From Lytechinus pictus (Eukaryota): a stretch of 64,000 nt of DNA. The DNA lies in assembly GCF_037042905.1 (NCBI RefSeq), contig NC_087252.1, forward strand, positions 15,750,001 through 15,814,000. Reading direction: 5' to 3'. Below, in pieces: positions 25,292 through 36,524 of this stretch (within the stretch, counting starts at the first letter, position 1; each line of letters begins with the position of its first letter). The notes under the pieces are model-generated. The model was given only the letters and a program-made list of their open reading frames with translations. It ran no database searches and had not been told where the DNA came from. The translations under genes and the position numbers were made by a program.

Positions 25292-27576
25292 CTGATGTGT
25301 AATTGCTTGTAGGGATGATTTTTGAAATAAATTTTATTATTTCTGGAGACATGAAAAGTCTTACACCTAATACAATGTTTATTTTTATAGTACATGTGGA
25401 AGAATAAAATAATGTAGGGTGGGATTATTCGTTGACTTAGTAATGACAGATTTTCATGTTATTTATACACAGCCATTTGGCAGAGGGATGCAAAAAAAAT
25501 GTTAGTTGATTAGCACGGTAAGTTTTATTTTATTCAACACCCCTGAATCAAGTGATAGGTCTTCCAAATTCACTGCTTAATGTGTGTGATAAATGAATGC
25601 AGCAAACTTCACTTCACATTCAAACACAGTCCCACATGCTCCTATTCATGTATTGCATTTTTTTACATCCCACACAGAAGATACCAGCCCTGATTAATTT
25701 CAGCTGCGAGCTTCATTTATATAAGACACAATACCAATTTTGAATGAAGATTTTTGTCACCAAACGTTTGAGATAGCAACTGTATTTACCAAGGATCTTT
25801 TTGATGCAAGACCTGATAATTTCAACTGACAATTTCCACTCGTGTAAGATGATTAAAATTTTGAATGAAAAAGTTTTTATCACCAAACGTTTTAAATACT
25901 ACCAGTGGTTACCAAGGTTTTTTTTATAGTCCCTTATGTCTAAATGTCTAATAAACTAAATGTTAACTGAGACAATTTCAGTGAAGTACTTGGTTTTGAT
26001 TAACCTAGGTAGGGGTCTGCATCTGTTGTCTTTGCTGTAACCAGACTGATGGTGTTGTGCACCTACACCTCTTCCGTCTTGCTTTAATCATTTTCTTTAT
26101 TTAACTACGATTTTTGGTGGCAGGCTTTTGTTGGAAAAATCTGCTTTAAATCTTAGTAGATAAAAAGAAAACACAGAATGTGAGGCAGTGGATGCTTCAT
26201 GCTAGCCGTCTGTAATCTCACCACATCAGATGCATCGCTGACGTTAAGTGTAACAGCAAAGATTTAGATGCAACCTCTGCCTAGATCATAGGCAAGGTTT
26301 TGATTAGTTAAGAAGCGCAGGTCTCCGACTATCGTCAGCGTTGACAAGCTTCATGAAAGCTGCTAGAAATCAGGTATGAGTCAAAGTTATGGACTTGCAA
26401 CTCAACGACTTTTTTTTTGGTTGGTTCACTGAGTGACCAATACAGCTGAAAATTTTACATACACCTAGGCAATTCCATACAAATTGTCCATTAGCCAAAT
26501 TTTTTATATCAACAATATTTATTGTATTATAACAAAATTGCTATCAATCAAAATAGCCGTAAACAATGTTTCTCAAGATTTTACCATTTTGGTAAGGAAA
26601 TGGGGTTGTGTGAATTGCCTGGGTGTATGTTAACGTTTTACTCCAGCTGTATGTACATGTAGGTGGAATATTAGAGATGCAGTCATAATTATACATATTA
26701 GTATTTGTGTCTATTTATGTGTTTTTGCATATCGAGGTTCAAAGTTCCATGTTGTAGAACTGCAATAAAGTCATGTCTGCTAAACATCCCCATTTTGTGG
26801 AATAGGAGAAATTTATCAATGATCTTTTTAATGTTTTTCATCTGTTGTCTAATTTTCCTTGATTTCAAACATTTATTTCCTATTTTTGTGCCATATAAAT
26901 TAAAGCTTTTGAATGCCTTGGCAAAATAATAAGATTGTGTTTTGTGCTTGATCTACAGGAGTTTTGTAATTGAAAGAGAGAGGGAGAAAAAGAAGTGAGA
27001 GAGAGAGATAAAGGTATTACGCAAAGATGAGGGTTGAAGGGGGTTGTAGGGCACTTGATCCTAAATAGTTATCACAAAAAAGAAAAGGTGAAATAAATGC
27101 GTTTCTGAATGTTATCACTGAATCTGTTAAAAAAATAGATCCTCATTTAAAAAGGTCAGAATTTTCACTAGCTCGCTTGCAACATAATTGAATGTTTGCC
27201 TAAAAAGCCATTTTGTACCATGACCTCAAGATGTTGGCTCATTATGCCCCTGGGGCGGGGCTATCAGGGTAGGTAAAGGAGAGCCCGATGACAGGCTTGG
27301 AGAGCAGAGAGGGCCTTGGCCAAAACAGGAGGAGGGGTAAGAACAAGGGAACAGAAAAAAGGGGAAAAGAGAGAAAGATCTGAAGAATGCAAAAGAGAGG
27401 AAAGAATGAGGAAATGATGTACATGTAAGAAAGAACGGAAAGGGAGGAGGATAGAAAGGAAATGGAGAAGGAAGTGGGGAAGAGAAGGGAATGGGAGATT
27501 AGTATTGTAAGTAAAGGAAATTAACCCTAAGGGGGGGGGGGTATGAATGATACTTGGCTGTTAAAACTGACACCAG

Positions 27577-27730
27577 GGGCCTGTTGCATAAAACTTTTAC
27601 CTGAGAAAACTCAGGTATTTTTTACTAGAGTTTTTGCCCTGTATTAAAGTCAATGGCAGAAATCAGACTAACCTTAGTTTTCAGTTTTTACCGGAGTTTT
27701 CTCAGGGAAAAAGTTTTATGCAACAGGCCC
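27577..27730. mobile_element. Harbinger-like MITE, CAG TSD
   Basis: cag|GGGCCTGTTGCATAAAACTTTT ... AAAAGTTTTATGCAACAGGCCC|cag. Confidence 0.85.
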
Positions 27731-27940
27731 CAGATGGCGTCACGAGAATATAACCCTCAAGGTGCTAAAATTACACTATCGACTTTGAACATTACATCAA
27801 AGAGTGTTAGATAATCCAAGGTGGTATTATATATATCAATAATTCAGTATTTATATAGTGCACATTTAAGTTTCTCTTAGAACTTAACATAACACAACCT
27901 AACTACATGTACTAAACTCAACTCAATAATTTTAACTTAA

Positions 27941-28543
27941 AGGACAAGTCCATCCCAACGAAAAGTTCTGATGAATAAAAAAGTGAAAAATCCAACAAGC
28001 GTTAACACTGAAGATTTCATCAAAATCGGATGTAAGAAAAAAATTTGACATTTTAAAGTTATGCTCAATTTCACAAAACAGTTATATGCACATCCTGGTC
28101 GGTATGCAAATGGGAGACTGATGACGTCATTTTTACTCCCTATTTCTTTTGTATTTCATTAAATGAAATATGAAATATTCTGATTTTCTCCTCATTGTCA
28201 AACGAAACAAAGATTAACTCATCTCTGAACATGTGGAATTAGAATTACTTTAATAGTATATGGTTCAGTCGACTGCGGGCCCTTATTGTCAAATATGTTT
28301 AAAAAGAGATATTATTGTACTATTCAAACAATAAAAAACACAAGAAAAAGTGAGTGATGGACTTCATCGACTGACTCATTTGCATGTCATTGAGTTGTGC
28401 ATATAATTGTTTTGTGAAAAATAAGCGAAACTTTAATGCCACAACTTTCTTATTTTACATCCGATTTTGAAGAAATTTTAAGCGTCATGCTAGTTTGATT
28501 TTTCTCTATTCAAATCAACATTTTTGTGAGGTGGATTTGACCT
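27941..28543. mobile_element. Non-autonomous TTAA-targeting (Kolobok-like) element, diverged copy
   Basis: ttaa|AGGACAAGTCCA...TGGATTTGACCT|tcaa; collinear with 31055-31646. Confidence 0.8.
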
Positions 28544-29211
28544 TCAACTACCTTAGATAACATTGTTAACAACGAAACTACAGACCAATTAAATGGGAAA
28601 ATGATTTCATTGCTTACTGATGCAAGAGATACATGTATGTCTTAAGTGCTACTTAAAATGAACTGAGGAATGGGATCTTTAAGCCAAGGGGAAGTGAGTT
28701 CTAGAGTGTATGAACCACAACTGAAAAGGGGACACAACATTCGCTCTGGCGACAATTGCTCCGGGCTTTATTTCGTCTAAGATATAGGGTTTGGTTTAGG
28801 GTTACAACAGGGTTTTATGTTCGGTTTAGGATAGGGTAAAGTGTTAAATCCAGGGTCGAAGTTGGTCATTTGATTAATGTGAGCAATTGTCGCCGGAGCA
28901 AATGTCATGAAACCCTAAGAGAAGGCCCTTTCACCATGTGTAAGAGAGGTTGCTTTGGGTATGACTAAAATATTCTTGTGGGATGACCGAAAATGTTTTT
29001 AGGGGTTGATCATTCTCGCGATGTTTGCAGGGGACTTTCCTTGGATGCTTTTAAATGTAATGATGTAAATGATTTTAAAGAGGATACACTTCTGTACAGG
29101 TAGGTCTAACCAAAGTGGCTGCCGGGGGGGGGGGGAGGTTCAGACATGTCTCTTCTTAGAACTTTATCTACACCAGTGAACATCACGTTTTTGCTGTGTG
29201 ACTGTTCTTTC

Positions 29212-29944
29212 TCAAACACATGGCAGCAAGTACAAGTCACCATCGACATCAGCATTAACTGAACCAACCGACATAGAAGGGCATGTCCTAATAACTACAA
29301 TCTCATCTTCACTCATTTCTGGCAACTCTTCGTATATGCATTCATTTCCACTGTCAACATCATCAGATCCCGCAGACATGTTAGATAATTCTGCTGATGC
29401 TTTCAGAGGGGAAGGTTGGATGTTTGGGCGAGGCAGCTCCGGCTCCATCTGAGAGCCAAGCTTGGAAGGAGCGCTCGGTGCTTCGCCCTTTCCAGGACAA
29501 TTCTTATCCGTTGGGTCAAGCACGTAGCGATTTCCGGTCCCAGATCTCGTCTTGGGAGAAGTACACTGGTCAAAGTAGATATACTCTCCTGCGGGTGGCG
29601 GCGGGGCAGTTGGAAGCGGCCAGAGCGGTCCTTCATCCGAGCCACAATGCGTTTGGGCAAACGGTTCCACGACATAAATGTATTCTCCGTTACCGAGTAG
29701 ATCCTTTGCAGTCGAACCCCTTTCGGATGGTGATGGAGTGGCCTGATCGACATAGATATACTCCGTGTATATACTGTCTAAATCTCCACTGCCAACGGGC
29801 AGAGATGTAATTGGACGCGGGCGTATGGGAGGAGGCACGATGTCTCCTGCCGCCTTGTCGATTTGGTAAGCTGGGTTTTCGAAGTGAGCTGAAGACATTC
29901 TTTCGATGATCTTATTTTCAGCACGTCTATCGTCTTGCCTACGC
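29212..29944 (-). CDS. Exon 15: ~243-aa cytoplasmic tail with Tyr/Pro motifs, stop TGA
   Basis: ttcag|G CGT acceptor is phase 2 and fits the TM exon; corresponds to ORF 29212..29958; FENPAY, EYIY x3, PTAP, PSAP, IYEEL, ends LYLLPCV*. Confidence 0.9.
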
Positions 29945-30420
29945 CTGAAGATAAACAATGGAGATCACAGGAAAGCGTTTTTTTTTTTTTATGTATCACC
30001 ACACCTTTGCCATGTTTGCTTAGTATGAGTTTTACTCTATCCATAAAGGTAATACCAGGACATGAGATAAAATGAAGAATATTTCCCAGAGAAAAACTCA
30101 GTTGCCATGGTTACGATTGTATGTATTGGTTGAGATCGTGATGAAGGGCATGCGCCCGAATGCTTGAAGACTGGTTTCAACCATGGACCTATTACGAATC
30201 AACTTTGCATGGGCCCTCTCCATATTCTTATTACTCTCATGTATTTACATAAAATAAATGCACTCGGTGTATCTGTGTTTATTGCACATATAAGGTCCTA
30301 TTAATCAAGACAATAAATTCCAATGAAAACAAAAGGAGATTATAATCAACAATGACAAATATGTAATATATTATTTATCATATACACATAAGAATAAATT
30401 AGCATGTTTAAAGCGCATAC

Positions 30421-30502
30421 CTTCTTTTGAAGTACAAGTGGAGACAAAGGACTAAGATTCCACACATTATCGAAAGCGATCCAGTCGCACTGCTAATGAT
30501 TG
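30421..30502 (-). CDS. Exon 14: transmembrane helix
   Basis: ggcag|CA...AGA AG|gtatgc; AIISSATGSLSIMCGILVLCLHLYFKRR; phase 1-2. Confidence 0.85.
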
Positions 30503-30814
30503 CTGCCAGTGAAGAGAATAGGGAAAATGATAGACATTAAACAGATTTTGAATTTAATCTTGAATTAATTTAAAGTAATGTATGTTATCCTTCAATTCCT
30601 TGTTAAACAAATTTAAATTCCTATCATTTTTATTAACAGTTAATGGTTTAAGTAGTTTATATTCTTTAAAAAGTGCATTTCCGAATCATTCTACCATGGT
30701 ATTAAAAGTCATTACACCTCTACAAACAAACCACGTCTCTATGACACACGATTTGAGCATTTTTTTTTTATTTATCGAAAGAACAGGTAAAAACCAAGTA
30801 TTAGTTCTTCTCAC

Positions 30815-30877
30815 CCATGTTTACTGCATTGTTTGAAGAAGATGTAGGGGCAAGATGCACATATGCCTTGGTAGTGT
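30815..30877 (-). CDS. Exon 13: 63-nt juxtamembrane exon
   Basis: tttag|AC...ATG G|gtgaga; TTKAYVHLAPTSSSNNAVNM. Confidence 0.8.
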
Positions 30878-31054
30878 CTAAAGAAAAAGAGAAGAAATGT
30901 GCAATTAAATAAATTAAAATTCCCATTCTCGAAATTCTCTTTTCCTCCCCTCCCCTCCGACACACATTAAAAACGCTGTTTAAAATCTTTACACAACGCT
31001 ATTTACTACATCAGCCTTACAGTAGATATTTAATCGGTTTAAACAATTATTTAA

Positions 31055-31646
31055 AGGACAAGTCCACCCCAACAAAAAGTTGATTTGAATAAAAAGAGAA
31101 AAATCCAACAAGCATAACACTGAAAATTTCATCAAAATCGGATGTAAAATAAGAAAGTTACATTTTAAAGTTTCGCTTAATTCCACAAAACAGTTATATG
31201 CACGTTCTGGTCGGTATGCAAATGAGGAGACTGATGATGTCATCCACTCACTATTTCTTTTGTATTTTATTATGTAAAATATGAAATATTCTTATTTTCT
31301 CCTCATTGTCAAGTGAAACAACGATTAATTCCTCCCTGAACATGTGGAATTAGCATTGTCTAACACTATATGGTTCAGTCAAGTTGTTCCTTATTGTCAA
31401 ATCTATAAAAAAAAATGAAATATTGTATAACTCAAACAATAAAAAACAAAAGAAATAGTGAGTGATGGACATCATCGACTGACTCACCTAGTTGTGCATA
31501 TCACTGTTTTGTGAAAAATAAGCAAAACTTTAAAATGTCATAACTTTCTTATTTTACATCCGATTTTGATGAAATTTTCAGCACTATGCTAGTTTGATTT
31601 TTCTCTATTTATTTAAGTCAGCATTTTCCTGGGGTGGACTTGACCT
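31055..31646. mobile_element. Non-autonomous TTAA-targeting (Kolobok-like) element nested in a TA-MITE (~30961-31771)
   Basis: ttaa|AGGACAAGTCCACCCC ... GGGGTGGACTTGACCT|ttaa, with long internal inverted segments; the flanks belong to the 52980-53198 MITE family. Confidence 0.85.
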
Positions 31647-34104
31647 TTAAAAACTTAAACAGCGTTTGATTTTTAATATTTAATTTTCAATAAATTAAGC
31701 ATGGTTGTTTTAAAACTGTTAGTCAACTCCTGCAAAGTTCATACAAAATTTAAAACAGTGTTTTCACTGTGTATATTAAAGGAGAACGAAACCTTGTGAA
31801 CAAGTCGGCTTTTGTGGAAAGAGACAAATCTAAGAAAGTTTGAGAAAAATCGGACAGATAATGAGACAGTTATGAGCATTTGCATATTGCGATCACTAAT
31901 GCTATTGAGATATCCTCTCATTGGCAATGCGACAAAGATATGTGATGTCACATGTGAACAACTTTCCCTGTGATGGACTATAAAATACCCTAAAATGTCT
32001 CTTTTCGCTCTTTCGTATGGTGATACAAACTGTTTATCCACGATGTATTCTTTGAAAATCTGTATTACATATGAAATCCTATAGGAAGAAAACATGATCT
32101 ACTGAGAGATGTGATAAAAAAGGGGAGTTTTAGATAAATATGTACAAGAGTAATGGGAAAGTTGTTCACATGTGCGTCACACTTCTTTGCCCAGGGGCAG
32201 ATCCAGCTTTCGCCAATGGGGGGGGGGGGGGGGGGGGTGTTACACCCACAAATGTAATAATCGCCCACAAATGTAATAACGCCCACAAATGTAATAACAC
32301 TTTACCCACAAATGTAATAACGCCCACAAATGTAATAACACTTTACCCACAAATGTAATAATTTCACCCACAAATGTAATAATGCACTTTACCCACAAAT
32401 GTAATAATTTTGGATCGCCCACAAATGTAATAATGACTTTACCCACAAATGTAATAAATTTGAAGGAATTTTTGGCGGATCCGTTCTCAACTAAAATCCT
32501 ATAGTAATGCGTTCATATATCCATGGACCTATTGTAATAGGTCCATGATATAGCACAAAAGTGCAAAGTCTTTTTTCCAGACCCGGTTAATTCGAAAATT
32601 ATTATAAAAGTCCAAAGTCTTTTATCCAGACCCAGTTGTTTCAAAAATTATAATATAAGTCCAAAGTCTTTTTTCCAGACCCAGTTGTTTCAAAAATTAT
32701 AATATAAGTCCAAAGTCTTTTTCCAGACCCAGTTGTTTCAAAAATTATAATATAAGTCCAAAGTCTTTTTTCCAGACCCGGTTGTTTAAAAAAAAATAAT
32801 ACAAGTCCAAAGTCTTTTTTCCAGACCTGGTTGTTTAAAAAATAATAATACAAGTCCAAAGTCTTTTCTCCAGACCTGGTTGTTTAAAAAATAATAATAC
32901 AAGTCCAAAGTCTTTTTTCAAGACCCGGTTCTTTAAAAAATTACAATATAAGTCCAAAGTCTTTTTTCCAGACCCAGTCGTTTCAAAAATTACAATATAA
33001 GTCCAAAGTATTTTTTCCAGACCCGGTCGTTTTAATAATTATAATATAAGTCCAAACTAAGATACGATAATGATATTCCAGTAGAATGGAAATGAGATTA
33101 ATTAATTAAAACTGGTGGAATTAATGTGTTTGTTGTTGTGTTAACTTATAAGGCACATATTGTGAATATATATGCTAAGAGTAAATTGAGAATCAAGCAT
33201 AGTCTTTTCTCCAGACCCGTTAACTAAAAACTAAAACCATATAGTAATGCGTTAATATAGCACAAAGTGCAAAGTTTTTTTTCCAGACCCGGTTAATTCA
33301 AAAATTATAATATAAGTCCAAACGAAGATACGATAATGATATTCCAGTGGAATAAAATGTTGTTGTTTTAGCTTATACGGCACGTATCATTCAGCGGTGA
33401 ATATTTGCGCAAATAAAAATAAGAATCGAGCTAAGTTTTTTCTCCAGACCCAGTTAATTAAGACTGGTGGAATAAATGTCTTTGTTGTTGTTGTTTTAAC
33501 TTATACGGCACCTATTGCGAATATATGCGCTAAGAGTAAATTGAGAATCAAGCGTAGTCTTTTCTCCAGACCCGGTTACTAAAAACTAAAAACTAAAACC
33601 CTTTACCCACAAATGCAATAATTTCACCCATGAATGTAATAATGCACTTTACCCACATATTTAATAATTTTAGATCGCCCACAAATGTTATAATGACTTT
33701 ATTCACAAATGTTATAAATTTGAAGAGATTTTTGGCGATTCTGTTCTAAACTAAAACCCTATAGTAATGCGTTCATATAGCGCAAAGTCTCAGTCTTTTT
33801 TCTCCAGACCCGGTTATATAAAACATTTAAACAATCTTCCATATAAAGATCCCAAAATTAATTCTTCTTAATGTTGAATAACATAGAAGTTTAGCGTAGT
33901 CTTTCCTCCAGACCCAAATATTTCAAATAGCAAATAATAAATAATAATATAAAAAAAACAAAGACCCCACGATGTTATCAATGTTGAACAAGATGTAAAT
34001 ATAACAAAGTCTTTCCTCCAGACACAGTTATAAAAAAAATCATTCAAAAATAAAACAACAACAACCAAAAACAGACCCGCAATCTTTTCAACATTGAATA
34101 GCGT

Positions 34105-34286
34105 ATGTGTGTGTGTATTTGAGTTTTGTCAGACGAGTATCAATCAGATATGATTATTCATGTCTGGGACCAACCTTTAACGTCACCATCCGAAAGACGT
34201 GACCAAGGCTCGAACCTCGAACCTCTGCATCAATTTGTATCTTCCCCACATAGCTTGGATTACTGGCGCATGCCACAACGCCCAGT
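34105..34286 (-). mobile_element. SINE with 7SL/Alu-like head and (CA)n tail
   Basis: Minus strand: ACTGGGCGTTGTGGCATGCGCCAGTAATCCAAGCTA...GGTTCGAGCC...GTCTTTCGGATGGTGACGTTAAAGG...(CA)n; flanked by TAGCGT/TAGCAT. Confidence 0.75.
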
Positions 34287-36355
34287 TAGCATCGACATAT
34301 GGTGAAGTCTTTGTTCCAGCCGCGGTTATTTCAAAATAGCATATCATAAAGAACAATATTAACAAAGACCCAACTATCTCATTGATGCTGAATAACCTGA
34401 AAATATAGCGTAGTCTTTCTTCAAGACCCAGTTATTTTAAAATAACAAATCATAGAAAAGATATATAATAATAATAAAACAAAGGCCCCACAGTCTTATT
34501 GATGTTGAATAACGGGGGGGGGGGGGGTTCTTATTTTTATTTGGCAACCAGTCAAATTTGACTATTTTTGCCATCATAAATATTATATTATTAACGTTTG
34601 TTTTCTTTGAAGAAATAAAAAATACATGAGTAAAGTAAAATTCAAATATTTATTTATTTTCCTTTCTTTTTTTTCTTTTCTATGTCTTTTTTTATAGGAT
34701 ATCTACTAGGATTTAAAGTCGAGTAGGTGTGTCTCTCAATTTAAAATCAGGGCTTTTACTGAAAATATGTTATATGGACCTACTAAGTATGCAAGTAAAA
34801 CCTAGGATGGAGATGACAGAGAAAGAAATTAGGAAAATCACAGCTCCAATCCTACACCCGTACGTATGGGGATACGTCTGTCCCGTTGATGTGAACATCA
34901 ACGTCAGTGAAGTCTCGACCTTTCCCGGAGACAAGACGCCTTTAAATCCTAACAAGGAAATATAGCGTAGTCTTTCCTCCAGACCCACTTATTTCAAAAT
35001 TACATATCATTTTTTAAAGAGTCAACAAGAAACAAAGACCCCCACTATCTTATTAATGTAAAAAAATAACATGGAAATATAGTGTAGTCTTTCATCCAGA
35101 CCCAGATCTTTCAAATAACAAATGATGAATAATGATAATAAATTAATAATAATTAAAAGAACAAAAACCCACGATCCTATTCATGTTGAATAACATGGAA
35201 ATATAGCGTGGTCTTTTCTCCAGACCCAATTATAAAAAACACAGCAACAACAAAACAAAGGCCCTGCAATCTTATCACCATTGAATAGCATGGAAATATG
35301 GTGTAGTCTTTGCTCCAGACCCAGTTATTTCAAAATAGGAAAATATAAGAAACAATAAAAACAAACAGTATCAGCAAAGACCCCACAATATCACTGATGT
35401 AGAATAACGTTGTTGTTGTTGTTGTTGTTATCTTGGATTATAAGGCGCGTATCATATGAATATTTACGCCTATGATTAATTTGTTGTCTTTGTGGTATGC
35501 GTTATCACATGGTTTTTATAGTTTGGAAGATGTTGGGGTCTAAGTTTTAAGATTAATGTTTCCCTTAATTTGTATTTTTAAGAGAACTGGGTGTGGGGTA
35601 TAGACAACACTCAAAACCCAAGCATTTTAACTGGGTTTAATTTTGAAGATTGGTCTTAGCCTTGATTTTTTTTCAATATTTGTTTATCTTTTAAATAACC
35701 GGGTCTAGACGAAAGACTAAGCATAATACTCGTGTTATTCCACAGGAATAAGAATATGACAAAGTTTTATGTTTTTAAGATTGTTGAAATAATTTTTTTA
35801 AATGACTGTTTGAAATAAAGACAAGGCTCTAAACATGTGCTTTTCTAAATGGTCTCAATTTGGAGGATTGTTGGTTCTTAGATTCGTTGTTGGGGTTGGG
35901 TTTATTGCTTTTTTATTCTTGAAATAACTATGTCTGGAGGAAAGTCTACAATCGATCTTCGTGTTACCCACAGTAATTAGATTATTGGGTATTCGTTTTG
36001 GAATATTTGTAAAAACTATTTTATTTTTTTCAAATAATAACCAAGTCTGGAGAAAAGATGTTTGATTTACCCATGCATTATTACAATGTTTTGTAGGGGT
36101 CTTAGTATTAAAAAAAAAAAAAAACTGGGTGTGGGGTAAAGACATATTTTTTTACTGGGTGTAACTTTTGAAGATTTCATTTTTTAAATAACCGGGTCTA
36201 GTGGAAAGAGTACGTTTTAAAATTCGTGTTATTCCACAAGAATGAGAATATGATAGGGTCTTACGTTAAAAATATTTTTTTCTGTGATTTTTTACTGATT
36301 AGGTCTGGAATAAAGACAACGCTCTTAACCTCTTTTTAAAACAGGTTCTTAGGTT

Positions 36356-36524
36356 CAGGGGCCGCGGAACGGTTTTCAAAGTGGGGGGGGGGGCTGAGCC
36401 AAAAGTGGGGGGCTGACCATGCTAAAAATCACAATCTTATGGTCATTTTTACGTTTTTGGAAAAAAGTGGGGGGGGGGGCTGAAGTCCCCCCAGCCCCCC
36501 CCCCCCCCAGTTCCGCGGCGCCTG
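36356..36524. mobile_element. MITE with 5-bp TSD nested in the foldback element
   Basis: aggtt|CAGGGGCCGCGGAAC ... GTTCCGCGGCGCCTG|aggtt. Confidence 0.85.

Noticed and set aside
32238..33060. Regular repeats resembling a CRISPR array (also 36780-38190)
   Set aside because: The units are contiguous tandem repeats without unique spacers, mirrored as TIR arms, in a spliceosomal-intron context with no cas genes.
34240..34286. Functional 7SL (SRP) RNA gene
   Set aside because: Only ~45 nt resemble the Alu domain; there is no S domain, and it has a TSD and a (CA)n tail.
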